Positions 47,765 through 54,828 of a DNA stretch of 54,828 bases are shown piece by piece. The first letter of the stretch is position 1. Each line of letters opens with the position of its first letter. Source of the stretch: Clostridia bacterium (lineage in GTDB: Bacteria > Bacillota > Clostridia > Oscillospirales > CAG-272); the NCBI GenBank assembly GCA_017938425.1, contig JAGBBQ010000042.1:1-54828 (forward strand). Reading direction: 5' to 3'. The notes below the pieces were generated by a model. The model was not told the DNA's origin and did no database searches. It saw nothing but the letters and a program-made list of their open reading frames with translations. A program made the position numbers and the translations under genes.

Positions 47765-50700
47765 TTAGTGCGCACTGCGGCAAACGGCCTTGTAAGGGCA
47801 GTATTCGCAGGGGGATGTCTTGCTTTTTGCGCTTTTTCTTTCGACGCGTATGTCGCCGTGCCGCATTCTCTGCGCAATGTCGGAGACGACGGCGGAGAGA
47901 TTTTCCATCAGCGCATCCCACCCCTCGGGCGTGTAGAGATTCTTTTTCGAGGTCTGCGAAACGCTGCCGTCCTTGTTGAATTTGATCGGGAGAAAATCGG
48001 GATGGATGCCCGCCAGCACGGCGGGATCGTCCAGCAGCATACCGCTGCGCGTATCCGCCATCTCGATCCTGCGATCCTCGACAGGGGGCGCGGGTTGGTT
48101 TTTATCCTCGGTCAGCGCGTTCATATAGATCGCGCCCGCGGGGAGGATGCGGCCGCCCTCGCCCACGCCGAGCGACGCCTTGAAGGCCTCGGTCGGTGCC
48201 TCGGTCAGCGAGCGAAGGTATAAGAACATCTGCATATTCTCACCCTTCTCAAGATCACTCGGTGAAAAGCTCTTCCTTCCCGTTTTATAATCCACGACGC
48301 GCAGATAAACGTCATCGCCGGCGCGCAGGGCGTCCACGCGGTCGATCGTTCCGTAGATGCAAACGTCACCGTCCTCGGTCGGGATGTGCGGCGCTCGCGG
48401 CCCCTCCTCGCCGCCGATGCGCAGCTCGAAGAAGGCGGGCTTAAAGCCGTCCCGGTGTGAGAACTCTCTGCAAAGACTCTCCGCCATGATCTCGGCCGCC
48501 TTCGTAAGTCTGCCGATCTGCAGGGCCTCGCGCCTTTCGCGCTTGCCGCCGCAGCGGAGCAGCCTCTCGCTTTCCTCCTTCGCGATCTCGGCAATGCGCC
48601 GCTTCCGTTCCTCGGCGGTAAGCGTGCCGTGCTCGATGCCCTCGCGCTTGATATCCGAGAGAAATCTTTCGAGGATCGCGTGTAAAAAGGTTCCGATATT
48701 CAGATTGTCGAGCTTTGCGCGCCGCTGCTCGGAAAGCCGCAGCGTATAGGTGCAGAAATGCTTGAAGGGGCACTGCACGTAGGCATCCAGGCGGCTCTGT
48801 GTCAGCGACATCACGCCGTTGTAGAGCGAGGAAGCGGTTTCGCGCGAGAGTGTGAGCGTATCGTTGGTCAGTCGGCGAGAAAGCACGCCGAGCGTCTGCG
48901 TATAGCCCGTGCCCTTCAGCGCCTCGGTCACGGTGGCGCGCTCCTGCGCCGTCATACGGTCATAGCCTGCCATTGCCGCCTCCGCGGTGTAATAGCGCTC
49001 GCTCGCACGCAAGGTCTCGGTGCTGACGGGCAGGATCCTCTTGCTTGAGATCTGTGCGATCCTGGCGATCACGTCGGCGGGCGGCGTGGCGGTATAGGAG
49101 CTGTTGCGCTCGGTATAGAGAATGGTAACGCTTTCGCGCCCCATAGAAAAAGCGCGGGAAAAGCTGAAGAGCTCTCTGGCGCTCTGCACCTCGCGCGATG
49201 CCTCGGTTGGATAGCCGAGCGCGTGCAGGCATTCACGGTCGGAGAGTGTCAGTGCGCCGCTGTCCGAGGGATTCATCGGGAATTCGCCGGCGTTCACACC
49301 GAGCAGATAAACGTGCCTTGCATCCGCGGGGCGGATCAGATCCGCAGTGCCGGCGCTCACGGCGTCGTAAAGCGCGGGAATATGCCCCATCCGCACGGAG
49401 CGGAAAACGATGCCGAGCAGAGAGCGGAACACGCGAGCGTCCGCAGGAAAATCCCCCATCACCTCCACGAGCGTATCCAGCGAATCGCAGATCACGCGGA
49501 AGAGCCGCTCGTTCTCATCCGCCTCCTCGTGCTCGCCGAAGCCGCGCAGCCTTTCGGCACGCAGGCGAAGATTTTCCTCGAGCGAAAGCTCGGTCAGAAG
49601 CCGTACCGTCGCGCGTGCGTGATCGGTCACGGTGGTCGCCGCTCCCGTATCCTCGGCAAAGCTGCGAAGCGGCGGCAGCAGCATCTCTCTTGTCTCGTTG
49701 ATGCGCGAAAGAAGAGCGGCGCTCTGCGCGGTCGATTCCGCGCCGTAGCCGAAGGGATTCATGCCGAAGGGCGTGTCCGAAAGCAAAGCACGGCCCTCGA
49801 GCTGCCAGCGCTCGAGATAGAGCTCCAGTTCGCAAAGAAGATCCGCGGGAATGCCGGAAAGTCCGCATTTTGCATAAGCGAGAAGATCGCTGCGGCGAAA
49901 GCCGCCGCTCACGGTGGCGTAGGCGGCGTCGATCAGCTTGATCGCCTCGAAGGAGCAGACCTCGCGTGCGGCGTGCAGGGTAGAGGGAATACCTGCGCCT
50001 CCGAGCGCCACCTCGAGCAACCCCTGGGCGGCGGATGCCTTAGAGTAGACCACGACGAAATCACGGTAACGGCAGCCCTCCTCCATCACACGGCGGCGTA
50101 TATCCTGCGCCACGAAGGATGCCATATCGTACGGGGTGGGTGCTTTGAATATTCGCAGGGAACTATCGACGTTTTGTAAATAACTATTGTCAATTTCGCC
50201 CTCCGAACGCCAAAGAAGCGGGAGCGCATTTTGCAAGATCGGTGCCACGCCCTCTGCGCCGTCCACCTTCTTGACGTGAACCTCCGTGCCGATGCGCGCG
50301 GCGAGTGCGGTCATCCTTTCACGCACGCAGCGCGGCTCGGTGAATTCAAAGCCGTCCTCGGCGGTCTTGGGGATGCGCAGGGTGAGCGTGACGTCGGTCA
50401 CCGAGAGCAGCGCCTCGATCACGCGGTACTGCTCCTCTGTGAAGGAGGTGAAGCCGTCGATAAAGATCTCCGTGCCGCGGAGGATATCGGGATGCTCGAA
50501 AAGCTTTTTCGCCATCACGAGCATATCGGCGCCGCTATCACGGTATTTTCCGTCGTGCAGAGAGTGGAAGAGCGCGAGGACCTTGGCAAGATCCGAGAGT
50601 TTTTCGGAAAGCCTCGGATGTGCCTGCTCCACCGCCTCCGACGCCTCGGAGAGCATCGGCGCGTCTAAGCACATCGCGCGCAGCTCGCGCAGAGCGGAAA

Positions 50701-51055
50701 GTGCCTTTTCCACCGTCCCCTCGCTAACCTTGCCGAAGGAGGGGCTGAGCAGAGGCGATAGCTCGGTCAGCGTCCGCCACATAAAGAGCGCGCGGACGGT
50801 CTCGTCCGAATAACTGTCCGAAAGGCCGCCGATCTCGCGGAAGATGCGGTTCGGCAGTCGTGTAAAATTCATGACCTCAAAGGAGAGCGGCGCGTCTGCG
50901 GGGAGCCTGTCGGCGTATTCGCTCTCTGCCGTCACGGTCTGCTGCTCGGGAACGAGGAGCAGAGAGGGCCTTTTCGCGCGGATGCGCGCCTCAATGCGCG
51001 TGCGCATTTCACGCCCCGTATCGGCATAAAGGCCGCCTTGTATCAAAGTCAGCAT
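47765..51055 (-). CDS. addB: AddB/RexB nuclease subunit
   Basis: Start MLTLIQGG at 51055; LLVPEQ, IDGFTSFT, RecB-type nuclease GTIDRVD...VVDYKTG, Fe-S cysteines QCPF and CEYCPYKAVC. Confidence 0.88.
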   Translation of the reverse strand: MLTLIQGGLYADTGREMRTRIEARIRAKRPSLLLVPEQQTVTAESEYADRLPADAPLSFEVMNFTRLPNRIFREIGGLSDSYSDETVRALFMWRTLTELSPLLSPSFGKVSEGTVEKALSALRELRAMCLDAPMLSEASEAVEQAHPRLSEKLSDLAKVLALFHSLHDGKYRDSGADMLVMAKKLFEHPDILRGTEIFIDGFTSFTEEQYRVIEALLSVTDVTLTLRIPKTAEDGFEFTEPRCVRERMTALAARIGTEVHVKKVDGAEGVAPILQNALPLLWRSEGEIDNSYLQNVDSSLRIFKAPTPYDMASFVAQDIRRRVMEEGCRYRDFVVVYSKASAAQGLLEVALGGAGIPSTLHAAREVCSFEAIKLIDAAYATVSGGFRRSDLLAYAKCGLSGIPADLLCELELYLERWQLEGRALLSDTPFGMNPFGYGAESTAQSAALLSRINETREMLLPPLRSFAEDTGAATTVTDHARATVRLLTELSLEENLRLRAERLRGFGEHEEADENERLFRVICDSLDTLVEVMGDFPADARVFRSLLGIVFRSVRMGHIPALYDAVSAGTADLIRPADARHVYLLGVNAGEFPMNPSDSGALTLSDRECLHALGYPTEASREVQSARELFSFSRAFSMGRESVTILYTERNSSYTATPPADVIARIAQISSKRILPVSTETLRASERYYTAEAAMAGYDRMTAQERATVTEALKGTGYTQTLGVLSRRLTNDTLTLSRETASSLYNGVMSLTQSRLDAYVQCPFKHFCTYTLRLSEQRRAKLDNLNIGTFLHAILERFLSDIKREGIEHGTLTAEERKRRIAEIAKEESERLLRCGGKRERREALQIGRLTKAAEIMAESLCREFSHRDGFKPAFFELRIGGEEGPRAPHIPTEDGDVCIYGTIDRVDALRAGDDVYLRVVDYKTGRKSFSPSDLEKGENMQMFLYLRSLTEAPTEAFKASLGVGEGGRILPAGAIYMNALTEDKNQPAPPVEDRRIEMADTRSGMLLDDPAVLAGIHPDFLPIKFNKDGSVSQTSKKNLYTPEGWDALMENLSAVVSDIAQRMRHGDIRVERKSAKSKTSPCEYCPYKAVCRSAH

Positions 51056-51624
51056 TCCTCTTCCTCCCCTGCGTATTTTTCGGAAAGCGCATAGCCGAGC
51101 TTGCGGGAGGAGAGAATCACCCTCTCGCCCTCCGTCTCCAGCTTTTCGCGCAGATAATGGATGTAAACGTTCAAAAGCCCGGCCGTTCCCGCCTCGCCCC
51201 AAACGGCGGCGTGCAGGCTCTCGCGGCTGATATACGCGCCCTTGGCGGCGTAAAGCGCAGTTAACAGAGAAAATTCCACCTCGGTCAGCCGGATCTCTTT
51301 GCCGAGAAAATGCACCGTGCGCCCGTCGGCCGAAAGCGTGAGCGGGGAGGAGCGCCTCTGCCCGAGCCGCTTGGCGGCAAGCCCGATCGGCAGAGGGAGC
51401 GGCAGCGTGCGCGAGGGCGCGGGTGTATCGCCGCTCTCCGATAAATAATAATGTGTGGGAGCATCCGTGCGCGGCACGTGTGTCCGCGTATCAAAAATAT
51501 AAACGTCGGCCGCACCCTCCTCGGCAGCGGAAACCTCGATCCGCACAAAAAGAGCCGAAAGCTCCAGCCGCAGCTTCTGCCCGAGATAGGCATCCTCCGT
51601 CACGATCCTCAGCACACCGCCCAT
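51049..51624 (-). CDS. Protein with an OmpR/PhoB-type winged-helix domain and a degenerate receiver-like N-terminus
   Basis: LTEVEFSLL...SRESLHAAVWG...LNVYIHYLREKL...GY. Overlaps the addB start. Confidence 0.78.
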   Translation of the reverse strand: MGGVLRIVTEDAYLGQKLRLELSALFVRIEVSAAEEGAADVYIFDTRTHVPRTDAPTHYYLSESGDTPAPSRTLPLPLPIGLAAKRLGQRRSSPLTLSADGRTVHFLGKEIRLTEVEFSLLTALYAAKGAYISRESLHAAVWGEAGTAGLLNVYIHYLREKLETEGERVILSSRKLGYALSEKYAGEEEEC

Positions 51625-51830
51625 ATCGCACACCCCCAAATCCTAATTTATTAGAAACTTACGGTTTGATTATACCGCAATACACTCCGCTTGTCAATGC
51701 TTTTTCTTTCCTATCGTGAAAAAAGTATTTTAAAGAGCAATAAACGCAAAGGCTTGGTCAATTTTTGCAATTGTTAGAGCGGGAAGATTATTGTATAATG
51801 TATGTGATAATAAAACAAAGGAGACTCGTT

Positions 51831-52796
51831 ATGAACAAGATGATTGACGAACTTTATTCCATTGGTCTGATCCCGGTTATCAAGATCGAGAATGCAGACG
51901 ATGCGCTTCCTCTCGCGAAGGCACTGATCGACGGCGGTCTTCCCGCGGCAGAGATCACCTTCCGCACCTCCTGCGCCGCTGAGGCGATCAAGAAGATCAC
52001 CGAGGCATATCCCGAGATGCTCGTCGGTGCCGGCACGGTGCTGACCACGGAGCAGGTGGATGCTGCGATCGCCGCAGGCTCCAAGTTCCTGGTATCTCCC
52101 GGCCTTAACCCCAAGGTAACGGCATACTGCCTCTCCAAGGGCGTTCCGATGCTCCCCGGCTGCTCCAATCCCTCGGATGTAGAGGCGGCGCTCGAGCTCG
52201 GTCTCTCCACCGTTAAGTTCTTCCCCGCAGAGGCGGCGGGCGGCCTCAAGATGCTGAAGGCTATGGCTGCGCCCTACGGTCAGCTGAAGTTTATGCCCAC
52301 CGGCGGTATCAGCGCCGATAACCTTCTTGAGTACCTCAAGTTTAACAAGATCGTTGCCTGCGGCGGCTCCTTTATGGTTAAGGATGACCTTGTAAGAGAG
52401 AAGAAGTGGGACGAGATCACCGCGCTGACGAAGAATGCGGTAAAGACGATGCTCGGTCTCGAGTTCCTTCATATGGGTATCAACAACGAGAACGCAGAAG
52501 AGGCGACCAAGGCAGCAAAGCTCTTTGAGATGATGTTCGGCCTTCCCGTAAAGGACGGCAGCAAGTCTCTCTTTGCAGGCGATGCCTTCGAGTTTATGAA
52601 GTCCAAGGGCCCCGGCAAGTGCGGCCACATCGCGATCCGCACCAATTTCGTTGACCGCGCAATGGCATACTTCAAGAGAATGGGCCTGGCGTTCGACGAG
52701 TCCACCATCACCTACGATGAGAAGACCGGCAAGCCCAAATTCGTTTATTTCAAGGATGAGATCGCGGGATTTGCTATCCACCTTCTCCAGAAGTAA
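51831..52796 (+). CDS. eda: KDPG/KHG aldolase with an extra C-terminal domain
   Basis: EITFRT, GAGTV, VSPG, KFFPAE and PTGGI, plus about 110 extra C-terminal residues. Confidence 0.92.
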   Translation: MNKMIDELYSIGLIPVIKIENADDALPLAKALIDGGLPAAEITFRTSCAAEAIKKITEAYPEMLVGAGTVLTTEQVDAAIAAGSKFLVSPGLNPKVTAYCLSKGVPMLPGCSNPSDVEAALELGLSTVKFFPAEAAGGLKMLKAMAAPYGQLKFMPTGGISADNLLEYLKFNKIVACGGSFMVKDDLVREKKWDEITALTKNAVKTMLGLEFLHMGINNENAEEATKAAKLFEMMFGLPVKDGSKSLFAGDAFEFMKSKGPGKCGHIAIRTNFVDRAMAYFKRMGLAFDESTITYDEKTGKPKFVYFKDEIAGFAIHLLQK

Positions 52797-52798
52797 TT

Positions 52799-52990
52799 TT
52801 TGTCGCTATCGCTTTTTGGCTAAAAAGGCCGTTCGTCCCCGCTCGCCGTATGCAAATACGGCTTCGGGAAACGAGCGGTCTTTTTTTCTCAAAAATCGAA
52901 GAGCGACAATATTTTGCCTAAAAAGGCCGTTCGTCCCCGCTCGCCGTATGCAAAAATACGGCTTCGGGAAGCAAGCGGTCTTTTTTTGTT
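52799..52990. repeat. Two tandem REP-like hairpin units (may also act as the eda terminator)
   Basis: AAAAAGGCCGTTCGTCCCCGCTCGCCGTATGC-AAA(AA)-TACGGCTTCGGGAA...GCGGTCTTTTTTT at about 52822 and 52920. The first copy is extended by TTGTCGCT...AGCGACAA. Confidence 0.85.
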
Positions 52991-53115
52991 TTTCGGCCAT
53001 ACGCCGCCTTGGCATAAAATATTTTTGCACACGCGCAAAAAGTGACAAAAAACTGTTGATTTTTGTATTTCTATATGTTAAAATAAATAAAAGGAATTTA
53101 TGAAGGAGGCGTTTC

Positions 53116-54828
53116 ATGCGCACCGATTTTTTACATAAGAGCGCGGGCGGGGCGGATATGGCAGAGGTGACCGTCAGCGTGGAGGGCGCGATGCCCGTGA
53201 GGATCGCGGCGACCGATGCGGCGTATCTTGAGAACACCTATTCGTCAAGCTTTGTCAGTGAGATGGCGATCCAGCTGACAAGGGAGATTGAGAACCGTAT
53301 GATGGTTTCAGGGCTTGCCGGGAGCGATATCGCCCTGGAGCTCGTGTTTGCGCCCGGGACATATATGGAGCATCCGCAGGGGGCGTACACCTACCGCCGT
53401 CTTCTTATTTCGGAGAGCGGCCGTGCGATCAAGGACCTTTGGGTGCGCTGGGAGCGCATTGGAGAGGGAAGGGGCTTCACGGTTTGTGACGAGGTGGCAC
53501 CCGACGAGATCCGCTTCACCCTCGGAGAGGACGTGCCGCAGAAGGTACGCGAAAAGGAATACCGTTTTCTCGTACGGGCGGATGCGGAGAAATACCGCGC
53601 GGCGATGGGGCGCAAGAATGTGACGGAATGGAGAGAGATCATCAAGCGTGCCGTAAAGCGCGGAACGCTCACGAAGATCACGATCGACGAGAAGGTCGCG
53701 GAGCACGCAGGTCAGATCAAGGACAAGCTCGAGGAGCTGCTCGGCAAAATGCAGCCCGCCGCCGTGCCTGAGGTGCCGGAGACGGAATCCGTTCCCGCGC
53801 ATGACGAAGCGTACGAGAAGGCGATGGCCTATATGCGCACCTTCGTAGAAGAGAATAAGACAAGCGCACCCGAGGAAGAGCCCGAGGTCGAAGAAGAGAC
53901 CGAGATCGAGGAAGAGCCCGAGGTCGAGGAAGAGACCGAGATCGAGGCAGAACCCGAGATCGAGGAAGAACCCGAGGTCGAGGAAGAGACCGAGGTCGAA
54001 GAAGAGACCGAGATTGAGGAAGAGCCCGAGGTCGAAGAAGAGCTCGAGGTCGAGGAAGAACCCGAGATCGAGGCAGAGCCCGAGGTCGAAGAGGAGCCCG
54101 AGATCGAGGAAGAGCCCGAGATCGAAGAGGAGCCCGAGGTCGAGGCAGAGCCCGAGGTCGAAGAGGAGCCCGAGGTCGAAGAAGAGCCCAAGCAGGTGGA
54201 ATATCCGCAGGAAAGCTTCGCTTTTGCAAAGCCCGAGGCACCTGCCGTAGATATAGAAGCGCTCCGCATGGAGATGGAGAGAAAGCTTCGCGCCGAGATG
54301 CTCGAGAAGGAGCAGGAGCTTTTGCGCAGAGAATATGAGCTGGAGCGCAAGAGACGTGAATTTGATGCTGAGGTCAAGGAGCAGGAGCTTAGCCGCGCCG
54401 AGCGCGAGATCGAGCTGCGCCGCCAGGCACAGAATCAGGCACGTCTGGAATGGGAGGCCAAGGAAAGAGATAGGCTGACCGCGCAGGCGTTGGAGGCGAT
54501 CGAGCTTCGTAAGGCCGAGGAGGCCCGTGCCGCAGAGGAAGCCCGCAGAGCGGAGGAGGCTCGCATCGCAGAGGAAGCCCGCAAAGCGGAGGAGGCTCGC
54601 ATCGCAGAGGAAGCCCGCAGAGCGGAGGAGGCTCGCATCGCAGAGGAGGCTCGCATCGCAGAGGAAGCCCGCAAAGCGGAGGAGGCCCGTAAAGCAGAGG
54701 AGGCTCGCATCGCGGAGGAAGCCCGCAAAGCAGAGGAGGCTCGCATCGCTGCGGCCGCCAATATGTCGGCGGATGGGGTATATACGTATACGGAAAAGAA
54801 GGTACATCTGATCTTCCGCCACCCCGTA
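53116..54828 (+). CDS. Hypothetical protein with acidic and E/R/K hexapeptide repeats (3' end off the window; absent from the ORF track)
   Basis: AAGGAGG RBS and ATG 53116 (MRTDFLHKSAGG...); frame stays open to the edge. Confidence 0.82.
   Translation, partial: MRTDFLHKSAGGADMAEVTVSVEGAMPVRIAATDAAYLENTYSSSFVSEMAIQLTREIENRMMVSGLAGSDIALELVFAPGTYMEHPQGAYTYRRLLISESGRAIKDLWVRWERIGEGRGFTVCDEVAPDEIRFTLGEDVPQKVREKEYRFLVRADAEKYRAAMGRKNVTEWREIIKRAVKRGTLTKITIDEKVAEHAGQIKDKLEELLGKMQPAAVPEVPETESVPAHDEAYEKAMAYMRTFVEENKTSAPEEEPEVEEETEIEEEPEVEEETEIEAEPEIEEEPEVEEETEVEEETEIEEEPEVEEELEVEEEPEIEAEPEVEEEPEIEEEPEIEEEPEVEAEPEVEEEPEVEEEPKQVEYPQESFAFAKPEAPAVDIEALRMEMERKLRAEMLEKEQELLRREYELERKRREFDAEVKEQELSRAEREIELRRQAQNQARLEWEAKERDRLTAQALEAIELRKAEEARAAEEARRAEEARIAEEARKAEEARIAEEARRAEEARIAEEARIAEEARKAEEARKAEEARIAEEARKAEEARIAAAANMSADGVYTYTEKKVHLIFRHPV
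53872..54189 (+). repeat. About 17.5 x 18-bp coding repeat (EEE[P/T]E[V/I])
   Basis: Repeated GAGGAAGAGCCCGAGGTC-type units. Confidence 0.9.
54517..54750 (+). repeat. 13 x 18-bp coding repeat (EEAR[A/R/K/I]A)
   Basis: Repeated GAGGAGGCTCGCATCGCA / GAGGAAGCCCGCAAAGCG units. Confidence 0.9.

Overview
Chromosomal segment of a fairly GC-rich, spore-forming Firmicute. Clostridia is inferred from gene content: spoIIA operon, CIRCE-groESL, addB, mrnC and the ylmE-sepF-ylmG cluster. Most of the window is housekeeping or metabolic: an ABC-F ATPase, a polar amino-acid ABC importer, pseudouridine synthases, an MFS transporter with three tandem GH39-like glycosidases, cell-division genes, hisS, pcrA, GH28, acyl-CoA synthetase, capD/wecB around a 971-aa secreted protein, spoIIAA-AB-sigF, groESL, metF with a split metH, addB and eda. 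Two genes absent from the ORF track run off the edges: a phage terminase large subunit (left) and a repeat-rich acidic/coiled-coil protein (right). The most notable signal is two isolated phage-like pieces. The first is a terS-terL packaging operon starting directly behind a housekeeping terminator, with no replication or lysogeny module upstream. The second, about 37 kb away, is a three-gene switch directly upstream of spoIIA: a CI/LexA-like S24 repressor, divergent promoters with GTCAC-N7-GTGAC-type operators, and a putative ArpU/RinA-like late activator. Together they suggest a domesticated, split prophage or gene-transfer-agent-like system; this is a hypothesis. Non-coding signals include a duplicated DnaA-box trio before pcrA, an array of three palindromes at a 22-bp period, two families-related REP-like hairpin arrays and a structured ~330-nt candidate ncRNA. 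All calls were made by eye; no database searches were run.
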